From Candidatus Nezhaarchaeales archaeon (GTDB taxonomy: Archaea > Thermoproteota > Methanomethylicia > Nezhaarchaeales > WYZ-LMO8), in assembly GCA_038887515.1 (NCBI GenBank), contig JAWAKK010000001.1:128001-192000 (forward strand): a stretch of DNA of 64,000 bases. The letters run 5' to 3'. The position numbers and the translations under genes were made by a program. The notes beneath the pieces are model-generated. The model was given only the letters and a program-made list of their open reading frames with translations. It did not search any database and was not told the origin of the DNA. Below are positions 9,900 to 19,594 of this stretch, piece by piece (the first letter of the stretch is position 1; each line of letters opens with the position of its first letter).

Positions 9900-10310
9900 A
9901 TGTCGGGAGGAGTTGTTAGATTTGGAGTCTCCTTACCACCTGACGTAGCAAAGGAATTCGATGAAGTAATAAGTAAAATGGGTTATAAAAATAGGTCAAA
10001 AGCGATACTTGATGCTGTAAAGTCGTTTTTAGCAGAGCTTAAATGGACGACTGGAGGGAGCGAAAAAGTTGTCGGATCGCTCTCTTTCCTCTACGATCAC
10101 GAGGTTAAAGGACTTGAAGACTATCTAACTGATGTGGAGCACGAATTCAGGCATGTTATAACTGCAACGCTCCATATACATGTTGGCGATAAAATATGTC
10201 ATAAAATCATAGCTATAGAAGGGTCTGCGGAGGATATTAAAAAACTCGCCCTCAAGATAGCGTCAAAGAAAGGTGTAGAACAGTTAAAAGTCAATATAGC
10301 TACCCTCTAA
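9900..10310 (+). CDS. nikR: Nickel-responsive regulator NikR
   Basis: RHH N-terminus RFGVSLP..NRSKAI; YDH, HEF, LHIH and C ligands. Confidence 0.92.
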   Translation: MSGGVVRFGVSLPPDVAKEFDEVISKMGYKNRSKAILDAVKSFLAELKWTTGGSEKVVGSLSFLYDHEVKGLEDYLTDVEHEFRHVITATLHIHVGDKICHKIIAIEGSAEDIKKLALKIASKKGVEQLKVNIATL

Positions 10311-10780
10311 GTCAAGTTAATTACTCCAAGGGTCCCCATGAAAACCATTAACATTGCTACTAGGGCGCCAACCACTATAGCTATAAAAGCCCTCTTAGGC
10401 TCAAGCCCCAGTGCGTGAGCAAGCAATGACCCCGTCCAAACACCGCTTCCAGGTATTGGAAAGGCCACAAATAACGTTAAGCCTACTAAGGCGTATCTTT
10501 TGATGTATCTCTCTCCCCTCTTCCTTATTTTAAGTATTAAGTTTTCATACGTTGACGCTATAATTCTACGTAATTGTCCGTCTCTTTCTAAAGCCCATCT
10601 TTCCAGGGTAGATAAGCCCCAAAGCAAAAGCGGCACTGGTAATATGTTGCCAATTATTGATATTGCGAGAACCTCGGGGGCCGAAAGTTTTGCGACTAGC
10701 ACACCGTAGGGTATCGACGCTCTAGTTTCGAGCACTGGCAGCAGGGCTAATATGAAGACTTTAAGTTCTTCAGGGACCAT
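10307..10780 (-). CDS. Small multidrug export family membrane protein (COG2426-like)
   Basis: LPVLETRASIP, GNILPVP and FVAFPIPGSGVWTG motifs. Confidence 0.85.
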   Translation of the reverse strand: MVPEELKVFILALLPVLETRASIPYGVLVAKLSAPEVLAISIIGNILPVPLLLWGLSTLERWALERDGQLRRIIASTYENLILKIRKRGERYIKRYALVGLTLFVAFPIPGSGVWTGSLLAHALGLEPKRAFIAIVVGALVAMLMVFMGTLGVINLT

Positions 10781-10850
10781 CTCTGCAATTTATGTCTACC
10801 AAAGACATAAATCTTATCTAAGGAAGGAGTTTAATATAGAGGGATCAAAA

Positions 10851-11669
10851 TTGTCTTCGACTTCTGTTTATGATATAGCAAGCAAGAAGGTAATAACGGC
10901 TTCACCAAGTGAAAGCCTTGCTGTAGTAAGGGATCTAATGATAAAGCACAACATTAGTAGAATCGTCATAGCTGAAGACTATCGGCCTATAGGTCTCGTA
11001 ACCAAGAAGGACATAGTTAAATTCCTTGCAGTTGACGATACGAACAGGAGCTTAATTGAAATACCTGTATCAGAGGTTATGAGCATGAACCTAGTTCTAG
11101 TGAGACCCGACATTGATGTCAGGACTGCAGCGAACATAATGCTAGACAACAACATAAGCTCTTTGCTTCTTGTTAGCGGTGAACGCATTACGGGAATTGT
11201 AACTAAAACGGATATCTGTCAGTACTACGTTGATCACTGTAGAGGGATTTTTAAGGTAAAAGATTTTATGACTAAGGACGTCGTACATGTTAAGCCTATG
11301 CATTCTCTGTTTAGAGTTATGAACCTCATGATCAAGCACAACATAAGCAGGATAGTAGTTTTAAGCGAGGATCATAAACCAATAGGAGTAGTCACGGTCA
11401 CAGACTTAACATTTTACATGTCAACTCTTAGACCAGTAAAGCATCCAACGTTTGAGGCTATCCCTTCATCCCTAATAATAACTGCCGAAGACGTTATGAC
11501 TAGGGACCCTATAACTATAAAAGAGAATGAAGACTTAATTGTGGCTCCTCAAATAATGCTGGACAAGAAGATAAGCGGGCTACCAGTTGTTGACGAAGAC
11601 GGAAGACTGAGCGGGATAATTACTAAAAGCGACGTAGTTAGAGCAATTGCCTGCTTTAGAGGCTCTTAA
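10851..11669 (+). CDS. CBS-domain protein (four CBS repeats)
   Basis: Repeated MIKHNISRIV / GIVTKTD / GLPVVD units; TTG 10851 is the likely start. Confidence 0.9.
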   Translation: MSSTSVYDIASKKVITASPSESLAVVRDLMIKHNISRIVIAEDYRPIGLVTKKDIVKFLAVDDTNRSLIEIPVSEVMSMNLVLVRPDIDVRTAANIMLDNNISSLLLVSGERITGIVTKTDICQYYVDHCRGIFKVKDFMTKDVVHVKPMHSLFRVMNLMIKHNISRIVVLSEDHKPIGVVTVTDLTFYMSTLRPVKHPTFEAIPSSLIITAEDVMTRDPITIKENEDLIVAPQIMLDKKISGLPVVDEDGRLSGIITKSDVVRAIACFRGS

Positions 11670-11671
11670 TT

Positions 11672-12916
11672 TTAAGTTACGCTTAAGCTCCACAATTCGT
11701 CGGCAAGCATCTTTAGGAAGACGCCTACGTCGGACACAACACCAACGGCATGGGCTGTACCGCGATCTAACAATTTAATTATCGTCGCTGGATTTATGTC
11801 TACACATACGACTTTAACTGTTGCCGGTAGCATGTTCCCTACGGCTATAGAGTGTAAGGTCGAAGCTAACATTAAAACCATGTCTACCCCTTTAAGGTGC
11901 TCTCTATAAGCTCTTTGAGCTTCTACGACGTCTGTTATTACATCAGGTAGAGGACCGTCATCCCTAATAGAACCTGCAAGAACGTAAGGGACACCCTTAA
12001 CTATACACTCATACATAATTCCCTTCTTTAAAATCCCCTTTTCAACCGCAGCTTTAAGTGACCCAGCTTTAATTATCTCGTTTATGGCAGCAAGGTGGTT
12101 TCTATGCCCTTTAGGAGTAGCTACTCCCTCATCAACTTTAATACCGAGACTTGTGCCGAAAAGGGCGTATTCGACGTCATGGACTGCAAGGGCGTTGCCA
12201 GCCAAGAGGACATCTACGTAACCAAGCCTTATGATTCTAGCTAGGGCGGAAGCACCGCCAGTATGAATTACCGCTGGACCTGCAACAACTGCTATCTTAC
12301 CTCCCTTACGCTTTATGGTATGCATATCTCTGGCTATGTGTCTTACAATAGATGTCGAGGGCTTTTCGGGGGAGACCTTACTACTCATGAATTCGAATAT
12401 CTTTAAACTTTCGCGAGGTCTTTCAGGAGGTCTTACCCTAATGCCACTCTCTCCAACAACTATTAGGTCTCCCTTCTTGATTTCCCTCAAAGGGATGCAG
12501 CGAGCTTTCTTAAATTGAGGGTCGACGACTATTACCTTATCCATCATAATGTCTTCGACCGGTATCCACGTCCCTTGATAAAATATCTCAGTAGGATAAT
12601 TAGTCGTCGAATAGAAGTTGTCCGGTGCAACACCATCCATAGGTGCAGGCTTTAGCTCGACATCCCTTGCCTCTACAGGGACTGCGCCAAGCCTATAAAG
12701 CTCCTTAAGTATTTCGTCTAGGTGCTCCTTGCTTTTCCCCTTGACAATAAGCTTAGCCCTACTATATTCATGCTTCCTTTTGCCGACCTTGAACTCAACG
12801 ATCTCGAAGTCCCCTTCAAGCTCCATAATTCTATCGAGTATCCTAGCTAAGATCATAGAGTCTATTAGGTGACCTTCAACTTGGACTTCTTCTACGTATT
12901 CGTTCTCGCGCGTCAT
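11672..12916 (-). CDS. TIGR00300 / LOR-SDH-like protein (ArgZ/AgrE-type ornithine cyclodeaminase family)
   Basis: EGHLIDS, FYSTTN, FEFMSS.VS.E, AGNALAVHD, GSIRDDGPLPD, LHSIAVGN. Confidence 0.88.
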   Translation of the reverse strand: MTRENEYVEEVQVEGHLIDSMILARILDRIMELEGDFEIVEFKVGKRKHEYSRAKLIVKGKSKEHLDEILKELYRLGAVPVEARDVELKPAPMDGVAPDNFYSTTNYPTEIFYQGTWIPVEDIMMDKVIVVDPQFKKARCIPLREIKKGDLIVVGESGIRVRPPERPRESLKIFEFMSSKVSPEKPSTSIVRHIARDMHTIKRKGGKIAVVAGPAVIHTGGASALARIIRLGYVDVLLAGNALAVHDVEYALFGTSLGIKVDEGVATPKGHRNHLAAINEIIKAGSLKAAVEKGILKKGIMYECIVKGVPYVLAGSIRDDGPLPDVITDVVEAQRAYREHLKGVDMVLMLASTLHSIAVGNMLPATVKVVCVDINPATIIKLLDRGTAHAVGVVSDVGVFLKMLADELWSLSVT

Positions 12917-13008
12917 GTACTTAACCTCAATTTTATGACTACCTGAATAGCAACCTCTAATCGTATAAAAATTAAAACCAAAAAGATTTATCGTAAAAAT
13001 AGAATTTT

Positions 13009-14133
13009 CTACATTGCTCCGTACTTTTCATTCCATTCTAAGTACTTTTTGATTAAATCCCAACCAACAGAAGGCTTCCTCTTGCTTATTACTTCGAGGA
13101 AATCCTTCATACAAGCCTCTCTTAATTCCCCACGAACTACGCCTTCGCAATCTTCTACAAGCTTAAATTGAACTTCTCTACAAACCTCTTCGATGTCATG
13201 AGCTGTATAGCCTTCAGTTTGCTGCGCCAGAAGCCCAACATCGACATCCTTGGCTAGTTTAAGGCCTTTCGTATAGTGCCTAAAAAGCTCGATCCTAGCC
13301 TTTAGGTCAGGCGGTGGAACATATATCCTCTTCTGGAACCTCCTTAGAAAGGCTTGATCTAGTAACCACGGTTTATTAGTTGCTCCTATAACGTATACGT
13401 AATGTCTCTTTCCTTTGCAGTGAAGCCCATCCATTTCTTTCAGTAATTGGCTCCTCATTCTAGCCTCTCCACCAACTTCATGACTAAAGATTCCTGTTAA
13501 GGCTTCGACTTCGTCTATAAAAATTATTGATGGCTTCTGTCTTGAAGCTTTTTTACGGGCGACTTCGAATGTTTTTGCAACGTTCTTTTCACTTTCTCCT
13601 AACCATTTCGACACTATGAGCGCTGGATCGACGTGAAATAGGTAAGCACCAAGTTCCGAAGCCAATGCTGCAACTATTAGTGTCTTACCACAACCAGGAG
13701 GTCCGAAGAGTAGTATCCCGGTAGGCCACCCTAGAGGTAACATTTCGGGTTCAACTTTAGTAGGAAGCACCACTGCTTTTCTTATCTCTTCTTTCACGTG
13801 GTCTAAACCTATGATGTCACTCCACGATATATTTGGCTCCTCTTTTAGTAACCCTTCACAGCGATCTGCATCTTCAGTTGAGTCTTCGCCAAGGGCTGGG
13901 ATAGATTCGAAAGATAGTCCACTTTGGAGCTGTTTAACCCTTTGCTGATACCTCATCGCCTTCTCTACATAGACTTTATTGAGTGGATAGTTTGGATATA
14001 AGCTAACAAGCTTAAGTAATATCTCAGCAGCTCGCGAGTAATCTTCTATTGCCCTGCTCTTCATGCCCTCCCTTTCGTAGTTCATAGCTCTTTCAGCGTA
14101 CTTAAGAGCAAGTTTTTCAAGTTCGCTGGCCAT
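13009..14133 (-). CDS. cdvC: Cell division AAA+ ATPase CdvC (Vps4 homolog)
   Basis: N-terminal MIT domain, LGWP.GILLFGPPGCGKT, SKWLGESEK pore loop, IFIDE, FLRRFQKR. Confidence 0.95.
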   Translation of the reverse strand: MASELEKLALKYAERAMNYEREGMKSRAIEDYSRAAEILLKLVSLYPNYPLNKVYVEKAMRYQQRVKQLQSGLSFESIPALGEDSTEDADRCEGLLKEEPNISWSDIIGLDHVKEEIRKAVVLPTKVEPEMLPLGWPTGILLFGPPGCGKTLIVAALASELGAYLFHVDPALIVSKWLGESEKNVAKTFEVARKKASRQKPSIIFIDEVEALTGIFSHEVGGEARMRSQLLKEMDGLHCKGKRHYVYVIGATNKPWLLDQAFLRRFQKRIYVPPPDLKARIELFRHYTKGLKLAKDVDVGLLAQQTEGYTAHDIEEVCREVQFKLVEDCEGVVRGELREACMKDFLEVISKRKPSVGWDLIKKYLEWNEKYGAM

Positions 14134-14218
14134 AGCTGATCCTCCTCCATCTATTCCTTAAGTAAACTAAGCGTATGGATTGTAAGGAAGAAAAAATTTC
14201 CTTATTAATTAAAAGACC

Positions 14219-14971
14219 TTAAGCAATCTTTATCTTACCTTGAGACGCTAGCCTTTCTATGGTTCTCCTAATCTCTTCGGGAGAGACCCTTAGATCCGTT
14301 GCACACTTACTTATCACCAGTTCCCCACCCTGTTTTCTTATGTAATCTAATAGTCTTTCTTCAAATGCATCTCCTCCAATTGATGTAGCGGCTGAAGTAA
14401 CAACAGGCAACTTCTCCATGGCTTGCGTCGGTAGTTCAGGCAGTTTTTCTCTTAATCTTTGTTCGGCCACTACTTCAGCTTCACGCAAAACTTTTAATGC
14501 TTCATCGCTAGCCACTACTTCAGCTTCCTTAGGCTCTCCAACGTCTATAAGTATGCTTCCAAGCATTTTGTTAACGTTATCTAGTTCCGAGGCAACCTCC
14601 GGTATTATGTTGGTTAGTTGTCCTCTTAGACCTTGAATTATCTTTATTACAGGGCCTAACTGGACTATGGCATCTCCAAGCTGTTCTATAGTCTCTAGTC
14701 TCAACACTACTTGCTCTATCGCTAAGCTACTTGTCATGACCGTCTTGATTAATTTCCTTAGCTCAGCGAGCTCGTTAGCGTAAAGGATCGCATGGAGGTC
14801 GTCGTTCCAAGCCTTAGCCACTGTGCAGGCGTTGAAAAGCTCCTTATCCCTTTCCTGCAACCTAGCCAGCAACTGTTGAAGTCTTCGGTGCTGGGCGTTG
14901 AGTACCTTAAGCGCTTGATATATCCTCTCCTTAAGGGTTGTCTTTCTTAATTGAGACCATATGCGGCGCAC
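14219..14971 (-). CDS. cdvB: ESCRT-III protein CdvB with C-terminal winged helix
   Basis: Snf7 core (YANELAELRK, LRLET), MIM2-like EKLPELP, wH tail LLDYIRKQGG..IERLASQGKI. Confidence 0.92.
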   Translation of the reverse strand: MRRIWSQLRKTTLKERIYQALKVLNAQHRRLQQLLARLQERDKELFNACTVAKAWNDDLHAILYANELAELRKLIKTVMTSSLAIEQVVLRLETIEQLGDAIVQLGPVIKIIQGLRGQLTNIIPEVASELDNVNKMLGSILIDVGEPKEAEVVASDEALKVLREAEVVAEQRLREKLPELPTQAMEKLPVVTSAATSIGGDAFEERLLDYIRKQGGELVISKCATDLRVSPEEIRRTIERLASQGKIKIA

Positions 14972-15010
14972 CTCGCTATCACCTCTTTCGCTGTCGCTCT
15001 AGTTACGCTG

Positions 15011-15682
15011 TCACTCTTTGATGTGTACAACTAAAGTCTTTGAAGTCTCTTCCTTGCTGGCCTTTGGAAGTGTAGGTGGTGTGGCGAGAAGCTTTTCAAG
15101 ATCGGTTACTGATACTTCTAAGTCCTTCTTTTCGCTTACTATCCTGTTCATACCTGTCTGTATCATGTTCATTATGGAGTTAAAGTACGCTTCATCGATT
15201 TCTCCTATCCTATAAGATATTTTAACGCTGGCTGAAGCCATCTGTAGTACTCTTATTTGCGAGTCAAGCTCTAAGATTCTCGCTTTTATTTTATCAATAA
15301 TCTCGGTTGCTCTACTCTTTAACTCCTTAAGCGTAACGTTGAATTGTGATTGGAAGTGCTCGTAGACCTCTTGAGGTACCTCCTTCTTCTCCAATAGTTC
15401 TTCGAGCGCCATGCTCTTTTTCCATGCCAATTCTAGCTCTTTTATCAGCTTACCAGCTTCAACCTTTAGCTCAGATAACACCTTTATTATGTCATTTTCA
15501 ACGGTCACGTATTCTGTAGAATAACTGTTGTACTCTCCGTCACCACGCTCGAGAACTACTGCCTTCACGTGGCTCAGCGTATCGCTTATGAATGCTGCAA
15601 TTTTACCCACCAGTCTACCATAGGGGTCTTTAACCTGCTTACTTATGTATCGGACGAAATCAGCAACCGTGAATTCAGCCAT
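15011..15682 (-). CDS. cdvA: Cell division protein CdvA
   Basis: PRC-barrel start QVKDPYGR, long coiled coil, C-terminal beta-strand peptide TLVVHIKE (E3B-like); cluster context. Confidence 0.9.
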   Translation of the reverse strand: MAEFTVADFVRYISKQVKDPYGRLVGKIAAFISDTLSHVKAVVLERGDGEYNSYSTEYVTVENDIIKVLSELKVEAGKLIKELELAWKKSMALEELLEKKEVPQEVYEHFQSQFNVTLKELKSRATEIIDKIKARILELDSQIRVLQMASASVKISYRIGEIDEAYFNSIMNMIQTGMNRIVSEKKDLEVSVTDLEKLLATPPTLPKASKEETSKTLVVHIKE

Positions 15683-15693
15683 TATTTAACACC

Positions 15694-16347
15694 TCACTTA
15701 ACTGTATTTTGTTTATCAGGTAATGCAACACCACTCGTTGGAATCTCTGGGAGCTTCTCCTTCATTTTTTGTTCAGCTACTGTCATTGCTTCCTCTAAGA
15801 TCTTCTGAGCCTCCTCCGTAGCTTCAAGTGTTAGTGACTGTCCAGTTATCTGGCCTGCTTCTGCAACTACGCTATTAAGTAGCTCGCTCAGCTCGCTCAG
15901 CTCGTGTTCAGCATCTGGTAACACGCCTGCTAAGCTACTTTTTATACCTCTTACAACTTCTACTGCTGGTGCCATGGCAACTACGAGTTCACCAACTTCC
16001 TTTATCGTTCCAAGCCTCAAGAGCACCTTTTCAAGCGATAGCTTACTGAAGAGAATTATCTTGCTCATTTTCCTTAACTCAGCGAGCTCGTTAGCGTAAA
16101 GAGTCGCTCTATCCATTTCGTGTCGCATGAAAGCTTCAACGACTTTTTCAAATATCTTCTTGTCCCTTTCCATGAGCCTCGTACTTACTTGGTCTAGCTT
16201 ATTCAACTGCACCTTCAGCTTATTCATAGCTAGATCTATCTTGTACTTTAACGGCGTCTCGGGAATTATCAGTGACTTAACCCTCGAGCTTACTGGTTCC
16301 TTTAATTCTCTATCCCATCTCTTAGCGAACCTTTCTAACCTCGACAA
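15694..16347 (-). CDS. cdvB1: ESCRT-III paralog (CdvB1/B2-like, no winged helix)
   Basis: Snf7 core PLKYKI..YANELAELRK..LRLGT, MIM2-like EKLPEIP; ends without wH. Confidence 0.88.
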   Translation of the reverse strand: MSRLERFAKRWDRELKEPVSSRVKSLIIPETPLKYKIDLAMNKLKVQLNKLDQVSTRLMERDKKIFEKVVEAFMRHEMDRATLYANELAELRKMSKIILFSKLSLEKVLLRLGTIKEVGELVVAMAPAVEVVRGIKSSLAGVLPDAEHELSELSELLNSVVAEAGQITGQSLTLEATEEAQKILEEAMTVAEQKMKEKLPEIPTSGVALPDKQNTVK

Positions 16348-16738
16348 ATTATTTTCACCTCATGTTCTCAACGATTCTAGGACAATAAAAGGATATGTTA
16401 AAACAGGGATTGAAAGGTCTGAAAGTAAAAGCATTAGCTCGTTTAAAGTAGTAATCTCATCATGCTAACAAGGCCATGTATTTTGTAGTAGCGTTTCAGC
16501 TGGTTCCTCTTCAGATTTTCAATTAAATATTCCAAGTATTACGAATGATGTTTTTTAATCGTCTCATATTAAGAAGTTGGAGTAAAGAAGAGGTGCAATC
16601 GCTTCAAAACCTTAGTTTGAAGGCGTCAAACGACGCGGGGCTTAATAAAGTTTTCTCTTAAGGGATGTAGTCATCATAGAGGGGTTTATATACTCTTAAC
16701 TAAGATAATACCGTACTGAATGGCTCTCATTGCTCAGT

Positions 16739-17077
16739 TTAGGATACAGCCTTATTATGAAATCTTCTTTCGATGATGTAACCAGCTATGAAGCACCCCG
16801 CTGCTGCTATTAGGCATGTTGCAGCTGGTTGGGGTAGTAGGGATACATCGAATATGGTTGGAAAGGGTATAAACGAGAAGGGCGTGGGTTCAGCCCATGG
16901 TAGGAGACCTATGAAAGAGACTATAGCCGAAAACATAAGCCCTCCAATACCTAAAGTTATTCCTAAGCATCCTAGCTTCTTATTGACTATTAATGCTAAA
17001 ACCCCAAAGAGTATAGACCAAAACACAAAGTTAGCTATAGCGTTGACTACACTAACTTCGGTCAAGGCATCCACCAT
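16739..17077 (-). CDS. Hypothetical membrane protein (about 3 TM)
   Basis: ATG start and hydrophobic segments. Confidence 0.6.
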   Translation of the reverse strand: MVDALTEVSVVNAIANFVFWSILFGVLALIVNKKLGCLGITLGIGGLMFSAIVSFIGLLPWAEPTPFSFIPFPTIFDVSLLPQPAATCLIAAAGCFIAGYIIERRFHNKAVS

Positions 17078-17257
17078 AAACTACTTGACCGAGTAGGTCA
17101 TTTAAAATTAGTTTTTAATAAACTCCTTAAGAGTTGCTGGGAAGCCTTCAGTTCACGCTCATGATCTTTAATCGTCTCCATCAATCTCGGGGACCTCATA
17201 GCTCATTTCCTTAGGTCTCTTTGCTTATGCTGTTAGAAACATTAGAGGAGGAGAAGA

Positions 17258-17273
17258 GCGAAACATTTATTTG
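17258..17273 (+). promoter_or_regulatory. BRE/TATA promoter of the ilv operon
   Basis: gcgaaacatttatttg; the same core precedes rps25e. Confidence 0.6.
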
Positions 17274-17409
17274 AACGTCAATACATTGGTCGATGCAGGT
17301 GCCGGAGTTGAAGAGGGATCAGACCCTCCAAGTACATTAATTCTTCTAATTGCGCTTTCGACATCAGCATCTCGGTTAGCTGTACAAGTTTATTCTTCGC
17401 GAGGCGATT

Positions 17410-19113
17410 ATGATGTCAATTAGCGGTGCTGAAGCTATAGTGCGCTCTCTAAAAAGAGAGGGAGTTAAAGTGGTCTTTGGTATACCTGGAGGCTCCGTCT
17501 TACCGCTATACGATGCTCTTTACGACTCTGAGATAAGACATATCCTAGGAAGACATGAACAATGCGTAGCACACATGGCTGACGGCTATGCAAGGGCTAG
17601 TGGTAGACCTGGCGTCTGTATAGCTACCTCCGGTCCGGGTGCTACAAATCTAGTGACGGGCTTGGCAACGGCGTATATGGACAGCTCTCCAGTAGTAGCA
17701 CTAACAGGACAAGTTGCAAGGCACATGATAGGCAGGGATGCTTTTCAAGAAGCCGACATAATAGGAATTGCTACCCCAATAACTAAATACTGCTTTCAAC
17801 TTACATCGGCTAAAGAGATACCGAGGGTTTTCAAAACTGCTTTCACCATAGCCTTAACGAGACGTCCAGGACCCGTACTCATAGACATGCCGGTAGACGT
17901 CCAAAGAGAGCAGGATGAAATCGAGTTTACCGATGAACTAGATACGAGAGGTTACATCCCTAAGCCGCCTCGCATAAATCTTGATAATATCAAGAAAGCT
18001 GCAGAAATCTTGGCAGAATCCGAAAAACCACTTATACTTGCAGGTGGAGGTGTAACGTGGTCGGGGGCTCACGAGGAGCTTTTAACGTTAGCTGAAATGC
18101 TTTCAGCACCGGTCGTAACAAGTCTAATGGGTAAAGGAGCAATACCTGAGGACCATCCCCTGTCCTTAGGCATGATAGGAATGCATGGTAAAGCGTATGC
18201 AAACTATGCAGTAGTCGAATGCGACGTCCTATTGGCTGTCGGAACAAGATTTTCTGATAGAACTACTGGAAGATTTGATGAGTTTGCTAAGGGGGCATAC
18301 AAGATTCACGTGGACATAGATCCTGCGGAGATAAACAAAAATGTTTCAGTCGATCTGCCAATAGTGGGTGACGCTAAGGAGGTTTTAAGGTTATTAATAA
18401 AGGAACTGAAGAAGCAAAGGAGGGCAAAACCGCGTGAGACTTGGCTTAACAGGATAAGAGAGCTAAGAGCTGCCTTCGAGGATGGCGCTGAAGAATCGAA
18501 AAACTCTGAACTCAAACCATCAACCGTCGTTAAATTATTAAGTAAGATATTAGAGCCCGGTAACTCCATTGTTACGACAGGTGTCGGCCAAAACCAGATG
18601 TGGTGTGCTTTACATTACATTGTTAGGACACCAAGATCCTTTATCACATCCGGTGGCCTAGGAACAATGGGATTTGGTTTCCCAGCAGCACTAGGAGCTA
18701 AGGTTGCTTGTCCTGATAAGGTGGTCGTTGACATCGATGGAGATGGAAGCTTTTTAATGACTGAGCAGGATTTGGCGACATCAGTCACTGAAGGCATACC
18801 CGTGACGATAGTTATACTAAACAATAACTCTCTGGGAATGGTCAGGCAATGGCAACACTTGATGTATAGAAGGAGGTTTATAGCTACAAATCTCGGCGAG
18901 GTCCCAGACTTCGTAAAGCTGGCTCAGGCATTTGGAGCTGAAGGAGTTAGGCCAGGCTCACTAGAAGAACTTAAGGAAGCGTTAAGGCAAGCTGTTAAGA
19001 GCGATGTTACAACGGTGATAGACGTACAAATATCGCAGGAAGAGAGGGTATACCCCATGGTTTTTCCAGGCAAGGCCCTCCACGAGGTGTTAATGGGTGA
19101 ACCAAAAAGTTGA
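17410..19113 (+). CDS. ilvB: Acetolactate synthase large subunit
   Basis: FGIPGG, RHEQ, TSGPGATN, GVGQNQMW, GDGSF..NN TPP motif. Confidence 0.97.
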   Translation: MMSISGAEAIVRSLKREGVKVVFGIPGGSVLPLYDALYDSEIRHILGRHEQCVAHMADGYARASGRPGVCIATSGPGATNLVTGLATAYMDSSPVVALTGQVARHMIGRDAFQEADIIGIATPITKYCFQLTSAKEIPRVFKTAFTIALTRRPGPVLIDMPVDVQREQDEIEFTDELDTRGYIPKPPRINLDNIKKAAEILAESEKPLILAGGGVTWSGAHEELLTLAEMLSAPVVTSLMGKGAIPEDHPLSLGMIGMHGKAYANYAVVECDVLLAVGTRFSDRTTGRFDEFAKGAYKIHVDIDPAEINKNVSVDLPIVGDAKEVLRLLIKELKKQRRAKPRETWLNRIRELRAAFEDGAEESKNSELKPSTVVKLLSKILEPGNSIVTTGVGQNQMWCALHYIVRTPRSFITSGGLGTMGFGFPAALGAKVACPDKVVVDIDGDGSFLMTEQDLATSVTEGIPVTIVILNNNSLGMVRQWQHLMYRRRFIATNLGEVPDFVKLAQAFGAEGVRPGSLEELKEALRQAVKSDVTTVIDVQISQEERVYPMVFPGKALHEVLMGEPKS

Positions 19114-19588
19114 ACCTAGGATCTTAATAACAATAGTTGAAGACAAGCCAGGAGTTCTATACAAGGTTAGTTCAATCATCAGGAGAAAAGGAATAAACAT
19201 AGATGCTATATCTGTCGCTCCAACGGTTGAGGCCGGCATATCGAAGATGACGTTCCTTGTTAAAACCGATGATAAGACTGTGGAGCAACTCATCAAGCAA
19301 ATAGAAAAGGTACCGACAGTAATATCGGTAGGTTCAAGCCTATTGAGAGGAGTATACTCAAGAGAGCTGGCACTTATAAAAGTGAATGCCTTTAAGCCTA
19401 ACGAGAGAGAAGCCATCTATTCCCTCGTAACGAAGTTCAACGCCCGCGTGGTAGAAGAGAGGGCCTTCACCTTGACTATAGAGGTCGTTGAGTCGCCCGA
19501 CTTGGTTAGCGACTTCATAAACGAAGTAAAAGCTATAACCGAGATAGTAGACCTTGCTAGGACAGGTCCAGTCGTGTTATCGAGGTAG
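19097..19588 (+). CDS. ilvN: Acetolactate synthase small (ACT) subunit
   Basis: VEDKPGVL..RKGINID, RELALIKV, LARTG. Confidence 0.93.
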   Translation: MNQKVEPRILITIVEDKPGVLYKVSSIIRRKGINIDAISVAPTVEAGISKMTFLVKTDDKTVEQLIKQIEKVPTVISVGSSLLRGVYSRELALIKVNAFKPNEREAIYSLVTKFNARVVEERAFTLTIEVVESPDLVSDFINEVKAITEIVDLARTGPVVLSR

Positions 19589-19594
19589 GTTCTC

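Noticed and set aside
15881-15904. 9-nt tandem repeat agctcgctc
   Set aside because: It encodes ELSELSEL in an ESCRT-III helix and is too short to be an array.
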